Assembly: GCA_035637115.1 (NCBI GenBank)
Contig: DASPXV010000108.1
Coordinates: forward strand, 6,386 to 70,385
Direction: 5' to 3'
Origin: Vicinamibacterales bacterium
GTDB taxonomy: Bacteria > Acidobacteriota > Vicinamibacteria > Vicinamibacterales > 2-12-FULL-66-21
DNA: 64,000 bases
In this document: positions 28,612-36,821 of the stretch, one piece after another
Numbering within the stretch: position 1 is the stretch's first letter
How the letters are laid out: each line of letters opens with the position of its first letter
Translations under genes and position numbers: made by a program
Notes under the pieces: model-generated
Told to the model about the DNA's origin: nothing
The model's input: only the letters and a program-made list of their open reading frames with translations
The model's database searches: none

Positions 28612-28782
28612 CTACAGACACGGACGGAACATCGAGGAGGAATCGCGGGTCGTGATACCGCCGGTCAGCGTTAGCTTGCTTACCAGGCCGTAGTCGGTCA
28701 GGCGCGGCTTTTCGTACTTCCGCTTTCCCTCCGTGCCGGACGGACTTTGCCGTTCGGGCTTGCCGGGCTTCGATGCGGTCAC
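28612..28782 (-). CDS. candidate lasso-peptide precursor (56 aa)
   Basis: (M)TASKPGKPERQSPSGTEGKRKYEKPRLTDYGLVSKLTL-TGGITTRDSSSMFRPCL. The leader matches YxxPxLx3Gx5Tx exactly. An acidic residue sits at core position 8. GTG 28782 overlaps the cyclase stop (GTGA) and is preceded by AAGGAG-N8. Start trimmed from the 75-aa track ORF. Confidence 0.6.
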   Translation of the reverse strand: MTASKPGKPERQSPSGTEGKRKYEKPRLTDYGLVSKLTLTGGITTRDSSSMFRPCL

Positions 28783-30638
28783 TGGCGACGCTCCTTGGAA
28801 TGCCGGATGAACCAGAGTTCGGCGGCGGCCACGCTCCACACGGCGTCCGCCAGAGGAATGTACGACTCATTTCCGCGCCTGTAAAGTCGCGTCATGTCGT
28901 CGTAGGTGCGCTGGATCGCGGGCAGATCGACCCATCCCGCCTCCGCCACGGACAGCGACGAGAGGAAAGCGCGCCCGCCGAGGCCTTCGATCGTTTCCAC
29001 GAGGACGGGCGTGAACTCCGCCTTGTCATTGCGGTCGCGCACGAGTGGAGGGAGCACACTGTCGAGCGCCCGGCGCATCAGGACCTTCGTCTCGCCGCCG
29101 GACCAGCGCTGTGATTCGGGCAGCGAGAAGCCGAACTCCGCGAGGCGACGATCGTTGAACGGATGACGCTGATCGATGCCGGCGGCCGCCGCTGCGCGAT
29201 CCTCGAGCTCGTCGCCGAGCACCTGCGCGAGGCTGTTGGCCATGCGGTGTATCTCGGATTGGACGAACGTGCGGCACCGGCGCCGCGGCACAGGCCGCAG
29301 CCGATCGGCCAACTGCACGCGGGCGGCGAATTCCGGACGAATCCAGGGAAATCCCGAAGCAGACGTCCCGGCGATCGGCCGTAACCACGCACGCGTCCGC
29401 GGCGACAGCAGCGGTGCGATCGCGGTCCGGAGCAGGGCGGCGGTTGAATATCCGCGCCCCGGCAGCACGATGTCGTGAGCGAGCTGCGTCGCGGCAGCGG
29501 CAAAGCGTCCCGCCTTCAGCAGGTCCGCGGTGTGCAGCGGTGTTCCCGTGAACCAGTCGTCACCACCGTAACCGGTGAGCACGACGCCCACGTCGGCGGC
29601 CGCGCGACGTCTCAACGGATCGAGCATCGCGCCATTCGGGTATGCCGGCAGATCGCGGTGTCGCGCGATCTCCGTCTCGATCTCGCCGCGTGCCGGAGCG
29701 CGCGCGGGGAGCTGCACCGACGGCAGGTGCCAGCGATCGCGGACGGCGCTGATGTACGGCGTTTCGTCTACAGAAAGGCCAGGAAACGTCAGCGAGAACG
29801 CGCGGACGTGCGGTCCACCGCGCTCGCGTGCGAGCGTCTCCGCGGTACCGGCAATGGCGGACGAATCCAATCCCCCGCTCAAGAAGATGCCGACAACGTT
29901 CGCATCGCGCGTCCGGCATTCGACGGCTTCGCGGAACAGCGCGGTGAAATGTTCCGCATACTCTTCGTCGCGCGCGTACTCCAGCCGCGCCTCCGGATCG
30001 AAGTCCCAGTAGCGCGCGCACCTGGTTCCACTCTCGTTCGCCAGCAGCGCGTGCGCGGGTCGCAGGCGCATCACGCCCATCCAGACGGTTTCGTCGACCG
30101 ACGCCGGCCGTCCGGTCAGGAATTCGGCGACGGCTCCATCGTTCATTGTGGCGGTGACGGATGGATGCGCGAGGATCTGCTGAGGCTCCGACGCGATCAG
30201 CGTAATGCCGCCGAGGGACGCGTAGAACAGCGGCCGTTGCCCGAGCGAATCACGCGCCGCGACGAGGCGGCCGCGGGCCGCATCCCATAACGCGAATGCG
30301 AAATCGCCGAGGATGAAGGCGGGCGCCTGTTCCCCCCACTTCGCATATGCCTCGCGAGTGATGCGTGCGTCATGCGCATCGCGATCCAGAAACAGCTGAC
30401 GGCGCAGATCGTCGCGGTTGTCGATTCGCCCGTCGAAGACGATCGCGGATCCGTCGGATCCTTCATCGAACTCCGCGCGTGTCGCGCAACGACCTCGATA
30501 ACCAAGGGTGACGCGATGGGATGACCAGGTGAAGGGGCGCAGATGGCCGCGGTGCGGCGCCGCGTCGAGCATCCGCGTCACCTCGGCGTTCCGATCGGGT
30601 GCGCCGCCGGCGGAGAAGACGGCAGCCAGTGCGGTCAC
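28779..30638 (-). CDS. asparagine-synthase-homolog, lasso-cyclase-like (no N-terminal glutaminase Cys)
   Basis: PP-loop GIFLSGGLDSSAI; FDGRIDNRDDLRRQL; about 619 aa. The GTG at 30638 (VTALAAVFSAGG...) overlaps the PqqD stop (GTGA). The N-terminus lacks the MCG nucleophile of true AsnB. The track's upstream Arg/Cys-rich extension overlaps the PqqD gene and is rejected. Confidence 0.8.
   Translation of the reverse strand: MTALAAVFSAGGAPDRNAEVTRMLDAAPHRGHLRPFTWSSHRVTLGYRGRCATRAEFDEGSDGSAIVFDGRIDNRDDLRRQLFLDRDAHDARITREAYAKWGEQAPAFILGDFAFALWDAARGRLVAARDSLGQRPLFYASLGGITLIASEPQQILAHPSVTATMNDGAVAEFLTGRPASVDETVWMGVMRLRPAHALLANESGTRCARYWDFDPEARLEYARDEEYAEHFTALFREAVECRTRDANVVGIFLSGGLDSSAIAGTAETLARERGGPHVRAFSLTFPGLSVDETPYISAVRDRWHLPSVQLPARAPARGEIETEIARHRDLPAYPNGAMLDPLRRRAAADVGVVLTGYGGDDWFTGTPLHTADLLKAGRFAAAATQLAHDIVLPGRGYSTAALLRTAIAPLLSPRTRAWLRPIAGTSASGFPWIRPEFAARVQLADRLRPVPRRRCRTFVQSEIHRMANSLAQVLGDELEDRAAAAAGIDQRHPFNDRRLAEFGFSLPESQRWSGGETKVLMRRALDSVLPPLVRDRNDKAEFTPVLVETIEGLGGRAFLSSLSVAEAGWVDLPAIQRTYDDMTRLYRRGNESYIPLADAVWSVAAAELWFIRHSKERRQ
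28791..28796 (-). promoter_or_regulatory. Shine-Dalgarno (AAGGAG) for the precursor ORF
   Basis: Minus strand reads ttccAAGGAGcgtcgccaGTG. The spacer to GTG 28782 is 8 nt. Confidence 0.6.
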
Positions 30639-30928
30639 GATCCCGCGCCGGGTGCGGGATCGCTCACGAGCAGGCCGCGCGAGAGGAGCTCGGCGATCAG
30701 ATCGTCCACGTCGCGCGCGACTTCGTCGGCCGGCGCATCGAACTCCGCCGCAACAGCCGCGACCGCGACATCGACCGATGCGCCTGACGCCAGCAGTGTC
30801 CATATGCGCGTGCCGACGGCGTTCAAGCCGAAGTAGCGTCCGCTCGCGAAATCGAGCAACACCGCTTCCCCATCCAGCTCGCGGAAGATCACGTCGGTGC
30901 TGAGGCGCACGGAATCGAATCGTGTCAT
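30635..30928 (-). CDS. PqqD-family RiPP recognition element (lasso B1-like)
   Basis: 97 aa. VIFRELDGEAVLLDFASGRYFGLNAVGTRIWTLL...VARDVDDLIAELLSRGLL is the canonical PqqD pattern. Confidence 0.85.
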   Translation of the reverse strand: MTRFDSVRLSTDVIFRELDGEAVLLDFASGRYFGLNAVGTRIWTLLASGASVDVAVAAVAAEFDAPADEVARDVDDLIAELLSRGLLVSDPAPGAGS

Positions 30929-30932
30929 GTCG

Positions 30933-31703
30933 TCACGCTCGCGAGGCCAGGATGATCCAGACGTCGGCGTCCGGATGCCACGGGCCGCCGCGGTAGTCGC
31001 CGAGCACGGCGCGGACGTGGAGTCCCGCCTTCTCGAGGCGACGTCGCATCTGCGGTACCGACAGCGTGCGGAACGTCAGCGCGAACTTGTGAAGCCGCCT
31101 CGCGCCGCCGCGCTTCTCGACGTATTCCTGGTCGAACATCGTCAGGCCGCGCCGCCGATCCTGACGCACCGTCTCGCGCAGCGTGAGATGCGTCCTGGCG
31201 TCACGCGAACCGGAGAGCGTCACACGACGGTTGTACTCGGACCACCGAGGGAGATCAGGCACGAGGTCGATCCCGAGAATCCCATCGCGCCGCAGCACGC
31301 CGGCCACGGCCGTCAGCGTGGCGGAGAGATCGCGCTCGCGAGTCAGCGATTGCAACATCCCGTACGGGGCCATGACGAGTCCGAAGCCGGGCCGCTTCCG
31401 AAACGGCAGATGCCGGATGTCCCCCCGCACGAAGCGCGCGCGATCGATGAGCCCGGCACGCCGCGCTTTCATCCGCGCGCGCCCGAGCATCGCTTCAGAA
31501 CGGTCAATGCCCACGAGCCGCGCTCCCGACTTGAGAAGCGGCAAGGCGAGCCGGCCGGTCCCGCACCCCAGCTCGAGCACCGTCCCGATCTGCCGCTTTG
31601 CCAGGTCCTGCCAGAAGCGCACGTCCCGCCGCGCGACAGTGCGCGCGTTCTCCCAGTCGTAAAACGGCGCGTACTCGTCCCACCCCTGCCAGCCTTCGCT
31701 CAT
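30933..31703 (-). CDS. class I SAM-dependent methyltransferase
   Basis: VLELGCGTGRLALPLLKSGARLVGIDRSEAML (motif I/II). First gene of the operon, 4 nt upstream of the PqqD gene. Confidence 0.8.
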   Translation of the reverse strand: MSEGWQGWDEYAPFYDWENARTVARRDVRFWQDLAKRQIGTVLELGCGTGRLALPLLKSGARLVGIDRSEAMLGRARMKARRAGLIDRARFVRGDIRHLPFRKRPGFGLVMAPYGMLQSLTRERDLSATLTAVAGVLRRDGILGIDLVPDLPRWSEYNRRVTLSGSRDARTHLTLRETVRQDRRRGLTMFDQEYVEKRGGARRLHKFALTFRTLSVPQMRRRLEKAGLHVRAVLGDYRGGPWHPDADVWIILASRA

Positions 31704-31947
31704 GGAATCAGCGGGTGTAGAGTAGCAGAACCAGCACGGGTTCAGCTATTTGCGGGAAATTGGCCGATTACAGAATTGTGCAGGAATGCGCAGTTCCGAC
31801 ACAGCATCCGCTCTTCAACACGGCCATTTCCGCTATAAGGCCGTGTATCATGTTGGTACGCTTGATGTAGAGGACTACACCTGGATCTACATCGCAGTTA
31901 AGTCACTGCGCCCCGGCCCGGCCCGTGCCGATAATGGTCATACATAC

Positions 31948-32451
31948 GTGAAGTCCATCCTTGCCGCCGTCGCAATGACTGCTTCGGTCGCGGCAGTGAG
32001 CGCTGCCGGGCCGCCGCCTGCCCGAGTGGCGGCCAGGGCTGCGGCGACGTCCGCCCGGTCGACATCGGTGATGGGCGCAGCCTGGAACCAGGACAACGCC
32101 CCAATTCCGGGCGCCCGCCTGCAACTCCGCAACCTCGTGAGCGGAAAGCTCGCCGGCACGACGGTCGCCGACGAGGCGGGGCGGTTTTCATTCTCCAACA
32201 TCGAGGGCGGCACCTACGTCGTCGAACTCGTCGGAACCAACGGAAAGATCGTCACCGTCGGACACGCGTTCGTGATTGCGCCGGGTGAGGCGGTCGCGAC
32301 CTTCGTCCGCCTTGGATCGAAGGTCCCCTGGTTCAATGGATTCTTCAGCAATTCAGCGGCGGCCGCCGCGTCCAGCGCGGCCAGCCAGGGCATCACTGCC
32401 CTCGCGCCCGTGCAGCTGCCGCTGAGCGCACCCGGTTCCGGCTCGCAATAA
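31948..32451 (+). CDS. small secreted protein with carboxypeptidase-regulatory-like (CarboxypepD_reg) beta-sandwich
   Basis: GTG start gives VKSILAAVAMTASVAAVSAAG (signal-like). ARLQLRNLVSGKLAGTTVADEAGRFSFSNIEGGTYVVEL is the typical CarboxypepD_reg pattern. Lies 6 nt upstream of wzc. Confidence 0.55.
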   Translation: MKSILAAVAMTASVAAVSAAGPPPARVAARAAATSARSTSVMGAAWNQDNAPIPGARLQLRNLVSGKLAGTTVADEAGRFSFSNIEGGTYVVELVGTNGKIVTVGHAFVIAPGEAVATFVRLGSKVPWFNGFFSNSAAAAASSAASQGITALAPVQLPLSAPGSGSQ

Positions 32452-32457
32452 CCGCCG

Positions 32458-34731
32458 ATGTTCGACACGCAGGAACTTCGCGCCCAGATGCCGTCGGACG
32501 TGGCGGGCGCATCAGCATCCGTGCAGCTGCCCGCGCCCGGGCCGCAGCCGGTACACCTGCTCGACCGGTTAAATGCGGTCTTCCGCCATCGCCGCCTCGC
32601 GGGCGTCGCGTTCGCGCTCGTCGTCACGGCGATGATGGTGCAGACCTACTCCACTATCCCGGTCTACCAGGCGTTCTCGAAAGTCCAGATCCAGGACGAG
32701 CGGACGACGCAGATCGGCACGCTGAACGCGAACGATCCGGCGTTCTGGCAGGATGCCGAGCCGTACTACCGCACGCAGTACAGCATCATCGAGAGCCGCG
32801 GACTCGCGCGACGCGTCGTGCGCAAGTTGAATCTCGCGGGCAATCCGCTCTTCAACGGTTCAGCCCCCGCTCCGCGCGATCCGATCTCGCTCGCACGCCA
32901 GGCGCGCGCCGCTGCGGGGACGAAACTGCGATCCATGTTTTCCGGACCGCCGCCGGCCGCCGCCGCGCCCGCGCTTGACGAGTCAGAACAGGAAGCGCGG
33001 CTGATCAGCGCCTTCCTCGGCGGCCTGCACGTCCAGCCCGAAACGTCGACGCGTCTCGTTCGCATCGTGTACCAGCACAGCGATCCGCGCTTCGCGGCGC
33101 TGGCGGCCAACACGGTCGCCGAGGAGTATGCGCAGCAGAACATCGATCTGCGCCTCGCGAACACACAGAAGACACTGAAGTGGCTCGGCGAGGAGCTGGA
33201 GCGGTACCAACAGCAACTGTCCGAGAGCGAAGCCGCGCTGACGCAGTATCGCGAACAGCACAACGCGGGCTCGCTCGAAGAGAAGCAGAACCTTGTTGTT
33301 TCGCGCCTGAACCAGCTGAACGACACGCTCACGAAGGCGCGGAATGAACGCGTGAGCAAGCAGGCGATCTACGACCAGTTGAAGCGCGCAGATCCCAACA
33401 GCGACGCGATCGACAACTTCCCTGTCGTCGGCACCAATTCGGCCGTCGTTGAGGCGAAGAACAATCTCGCGACGCTGAATGCGACCAAGGCGAGCTACGC
33501 GGGCCGATACCTTGCGGATCATCCGAAGATGATCGACGTCAACACGCAGATCGACAACGCGAAGCGCAGGCTGGTGGCGGAACGGACGAAGGTCCTTGAA
33601 CACATCCGGAACGACTACAGCGCGGTTCTCGCGCAGGAGCGCAGTTTTGCCGGGCAGCTGCAGGAGCAGCAGGCGGCAGTCAACGATCTCGACAAAAAGG
33701 GCGGAGACTATAAGATTCTGCAGCGCAAGGCGGACTCCGAGCGCACGGTCTACCAGACGCTCCTGCAGCAGCAGAAGGAACTGTCGGTCGTGGCAAACAG
33801 CCGCGCCAACAACGTGCAGGTCATGGACCGCGCGGAAGTTCCGGGCGCGCCAATCCTGCCCAATCCGCGTAAAGACTGGATCACCGCGATCCTCGCGGGT
33901 CTCACGCTCGCCGTCGGCCTCGCGTTCGGGATCGAATACCTGGACGACACGGTGAAGACCCCCGAGGACATCCGCCGCCTGAATCTCCCGCTGCTCGGCC
34001 TCGTACCCGCGGTCCGCGGCGACCGCGTACCGGTGCTGACGCAGGCCGTGCCGCATGACTTCGGCGAGGCGTTCCGCTCGCTGCGCACGTCGCTGGTGTT
34101 CACGAGCGGCGCGCAGGGCACGCGGATGATCGCCGTCACGAGCAGCCAGCCGCTCGAGGGCAAGACGACGACGGCGTGCAACCTGGCCACCGCGCTCGCG
34201 CTCGGCGGATCGCGCGTGCTGCTGATCGACGCGGACATGCGGCGTCCGGGCATGCACAAGACGATGGGCCTGCAGAATGGGATAGGGCTGTCGCACATCC
34301 TCGTCGGCCAGGCGCGCGTCCGCGACGCCGTGCAGCGCACGAGCGAGCCGAACCTGCTCGTCATTTCCGCGGGACGAACGCCCCCGAACCCATCAGAGCT
34401 GCTGTCGTCGGAGCGGATGAAGAGCCTGCTCACGAACCTGCAGGTCGGGCCGTTCGACTGGGTCATCATCGATACCCCGCCCGTGCTCGCCGTCACGGAT
34501 GCCGTAATCCTCGCGCAGTACGTGTCGGGGGTCGTTTTCGTCGTTGGCTCGGAAATGACGCGGCGCATGCACACGCAGCGCGCCCTGGAGACGCTGCAGT
34601 CGGGTCATCCGCGCAGCATCACGGTGGTGCTGAACCGCGTTGACTTCAACCGCAACAAGTACTACTACTCTCGCTACTACGGCTATCAGTACAAGAGCTA
34701 CTACGGACAGTCCCAGCAGGGCGCGGCTTAA
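32458..34731 (+). CDS. polysaccharide co-polymerase / tyrosine autokinase (Wzc/GumC-like)
   Basis: Wzz-type N-terminal region, long coiled-coil periplasmic region, second TM. Kinase domain has Walker A SSQPLEGKTTTACNLA and Walker A'/B LLIDADMRRP / VIIDTPP. Tyr-rich tail: YYYSRYYGYQYKSYYG. Confidence 0.88.
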   Translation: MFDTQELRAQMPSDVAGASASVQLPAPGPQPVHLLDRLNAVFRHRRLAGVAFALVVTAMMVQTYSTIPVYQAFSKVQIQDERTTQIGTLNANDPAFWQDAEPYYRTQYSIIESRGLARRVVRKLNLAGNPLFNGSAPAPRDPISLARQARAAAGTKLRSMFSGPPPAAAAPALDESEQEARLISAFLGGLHVQPETSTRLVRIVYQHSDPRFAALAANTVAEEYAQQNIDLRLANTQKTLKWLGEELERYQQQLSESEAALTQYREQHNAGSLEEKQNLVVSRLNQLNDTLTKARNERVSKQAIYDQLKRADPNSDAIDNFPVVGTNSAVVEAKNNLATLNATKASYAGRYLADHPKMIDVNTQIDNAKRRLVAERTKVLEHIRNDYSAVLAQERSFAGQLQEQQAAVNDLDKKGGDYKILQRKADSERTVYQTLLQQQKELSVVANSRANNVQVMDRAEVPGAPILPNPRKDWITAILAGLTLAVGLAFGIEYLDDTVKTPEDIRRLNLPLLGLVPAVRGDRVPVLTQAVPHDFGEAFRSLRTSLVFTSGAQGTRMIAVTSSQPLEGKTTTACNLATALALGGSRVLLIDADMRRPGMHKTMGLQNGIGLSHILVGQARVRDAVQRTSEPNLLVISAGRTPPNPSELLSSERMKSLLTNLQVGPFDWVIIDTPPVLAVTDAVILAQYVSGVVFVVGSEMTRRMHTQRALETLQSGHPRSITVVLNRVDFNRNKYYYSRYYGYQYKSYYGQSQQGAA

Positions 34732-36091
34732 CACACCGCGCGCCGAGTGGGGCGCGCGCGCGATCGTCCTGCTGATCGGCGTCACCGCCTTCCTCTTTGC
34801 CGGCAGTTACCTTTCGACGCTGATCTTTCCGGCACTGCTTTGTGCGCTGCTGACGATCATGTATCGCCCGTGGGCGGGCCCCGACGTGTCGCCGGCGCTC
34901 GATCGAACACTCCTTGTCGTTGCCGCTGCGATCGCGCTGCAACTCGTGCCTCTGCCCTCGTTCGTCATCGATCGCCTGTCCCCCACCGCGCGCACGATCT
35001 GGCAGAGCCTCAGCCTCGGTCCAGTTAGCGGACCGCTTCCCATCAGCGTCGACCTGTCGTTCACCGCTTGGGCGCTGGGCATCTACGCGGGAGCGATCGC
35101 CATCTTTTTTGTGTCGCGCCAGGTGTTCGCGGAAGGCGGCGTGCGCATCGTCGCGCGTGGAATCGGGACGGTCGGTCTGCTGCTCTCGGCCGAGTGCCTG
35201 GCGCAGGATGCGACGGCCCATGGGTTGATGTACTGGCGCTGGAAGCCGCCATTCGAAGTCGCTTATCCGTTCGGGCCCTTTCTCAATCGCAATCATTTCG
35301 CGACGTGGGTCGTGATGGCCGTGCCGACGGCGTTCGGATATCTCCTCGCGCACGGCTCAGCGCATGCGCGCCGGCGGACGGACCGGATCACGTGGCACCA
35401 GGCGCTGCTGGAGCTGCTGGACGGCCGCTCGATCTGGCTCGCCGCGGCAATCTGCCTTATGCTCGTGGGGCTTGTCGCGTCGTTGTCGCGGGCCGGCATG
35501 CTCGGGTTAGTTGCCGCGCTCGTGGTCGCAATCTATTTGCGTGGCAGGAGCGCGGACGCGCCGGCGTCAGGGTGGGCGCTCGCCGCGCTCGGCCTGGCGG
35601 CGCTCGCGGCAGTCATTCGTATCAATCCGCTGGAGCTCTATCACCGTTTCGGCGCCGCGGGGATCGCGGCGAGCGGCCGGCTGGAGATCTGGCGCGCCAC
35701 GCTGCCCGTGGTGAAAGATTTCTGGCTGACCGGCGCCGGCGCCGGCACCTTCGAGACGGTCATGCTCGTGTACCAGCGCGCGCCATCGTTGTTCAGGATC
35801 AACGCAGCGCATAACCACTACCTGCAGGTCGTCGCCGAAGGAGGCCTCCTGGTCGGCCTGCCCGTTGCCGCGGCGGCGTGGCTTTTCGTCCGCGACGCTT
35901 GGCACGCGCTCGATCGCGATCAGTCCGGCATGTACCTCCTTCGCGTCGGAGCTTTCAGCGGACTCGTCGGCGCCGCGGTGCAGAGCCTCTGGGAAACAGG
36001 AGTAGCGACACCCGCGAATGCGATTCTTGCGGCGGTTCTCGCCGGCGTTGTGATGCATCGATCCGCCAGGCCCGTGAGGGTGAGCGACTGA
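34640..36091 (+). CDS. O-antigen ligase / Wzy-like polymerase family membrane protein
   Basis: Polytopic membrane protein. SLSRAGMLG and the AHNHYLQVVAEGGLLVGLPV motif are typical of the Wzy_C/O-antigen ligase family. The only ATG/GTG/TTG in frame upstream of the first TM is 34640, which overlaps wzc by 92 nt, so the start is uncertain. Confidence 0.7.
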   Translation: MTSTATSTTTLATTAISTRATTDSPSRARLNTPRAEWGARAIVLLIGVTAFLFAGSYLSTLIFPALLCALLTIMYRPWAGPDVSPALDRTLLVVAAAIALQLVPLPSFVIDRLSPTARTIWQSLSLGPVSGPLPISVDLSFTAWALGIYAGAIAIFFVSRQVFAEGGVRIVARGIGTVGLLLSAECLAQDATAHGLMYWRWKPPFEVAYPFGPFLNRNHFATWVVMAVPTAFGYLLAHGSAHARRRTDRITWHQALLELLDGRSIWLAAAICLMLVGLVASLSRAGMLGLVAALVVAIYLRGRSADAPASGWALAALGLAALAAVIRINPLELYHRFGAAGIAASGRLEIWRATLPVVKDFWLTGAGAGTFETVMLVYQRAPSLFRINAAHNHYLQVVAEGGLLVGLPVAAAAWLFVRDAWHALDRDQSGMYLLRVGAFSGLVGAAVQSLWETGVATPANAILAAVLAGVVMHRSARPVRVSD

Positions 36092-36092
36092 C

Positions 36093-36821
36093 ATGTCGCT
36101 CCGTCTTGGTTTCGACGTCGACGGCGTGCTTGCAGACTTTCGCGCGGCGTTTCGCGCCGTTGCGACGCGCATCACACACGGGGATCCGCACGACTTCGAC
36201 GACATGTCCTCGCCGCAGAGCGACGTGCCGTTGTCGCAGGACGAGGTGCGACGCGTCTGGGATCACATCGCGAAAACGCCGAACTGGTGGATGGAGATCG
36301 AGGCGTACGAGCCGGAACAGATCGCGCGGCTCTACGGGCTGGCGAGGGCGGCCGGGTGGGAGGTCTTTTTCCTGACGAAGCGGCCCCCGTCCGCAGGGGA
36401 CTCCGTGCAGTTCCAGACCCAGTGGTGGATCGAGCGGTTCGGCTTCTATCTGCCGTCAGTGCTGACAGTGCCGGGCTCGCGGGGAGAGATCGCGAACGCG
36501 CTCAGGCTCGATCTGATCCTCGACGACCAGTTGATCAACTGCGTCGAGGTCGTAAGCGCGTCGACGACGAAAGCGATCCTGATGCAGCGCACGGTGGATG
36601 CCGTCGCGCGCGATCACGCGACGAGCCGGGGAATCGGTGTCGTGTCAAACCTGGCGGATGCGCTCGGCGTCATGGAGCGGCTGCAGGACGTGCTCGCCCA
36701 CAAGCGCGGGCGGCTGCTCCGTCTTACAGACTGGTTTTCGAGGGCGCCCGGGATGCAGACGCTTCCGCAGAATCCGCGCGCCATCCGGCCGGTTCCTCCC
36801 GTCGACCGCTCCCATCGGTAG
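36093..36821 (+). CDS. HAD-superfamily 5'(3')-deoxyribonucleotidase-like (NT5C-like) protein
   Basis: MSLRLGFDVDGVLADF (DxDGVLADF motif I); FFLTKRP; LILDDQ. Confidence 0.7.
   Translation: MSLRLGFDVDGVLADFRAAFRAVATRITHGDPHDFDDMSSPQSDVPLSQDEVRRVWDHIAKTPNWWMEIEAYEPEQIARLYGLARAAGWEVFFLTKRPPSAGDSVQFQTQWWIERFGFYLPSVLTVPGSRGEIANALRLDLILDDQLINCVEVVSASTTKAILMQRTVDAVARDHATSRGIGVVSNLADALGVMERLQDVLAHKRGRLLRLTDWFSRAPGMQTLPQNPRAIRPVPPVDRSHR

Noticed and set aside
28598-28870. 90-aa ORF in another frame over the precursor region, and the full 75-aa version of the precursor ORF.
   Set aside because: The alternative frame has no motif and no RBS. The 75-aa version starts inside the cyclase gene, whereas the GTG at 28782 has AAGGAG-N8 and the GTGA coupling.
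28779-30803. Reading the Asn-synthase homolog as a genuine glutamine-dependent AsnB or exosortase-associated amidotransferase, using the 674-aa ORF start.
   Set aside because: The extra 55 N-terminal codons overlap the PqqD gene and are Arg/Cys/Gly junk. Neither start gives the Met-Cys-Gly nucleophile. The GTGA-coupled start yields a lasso-cyclase-like N-terminus.
31854-31869. Sigma54-type promoter (TGGTACGCTTGATGTA) upstream of the wzc operon, attractive because an EBP-like regulator is in the locus.
   Set aside because: The -24 GG is present, but the -12 element reads GT rather than GC and the TTGC core is missing. The regulator also lacks the GAFTGA and ATPase motifs needed for sigma54 activation.
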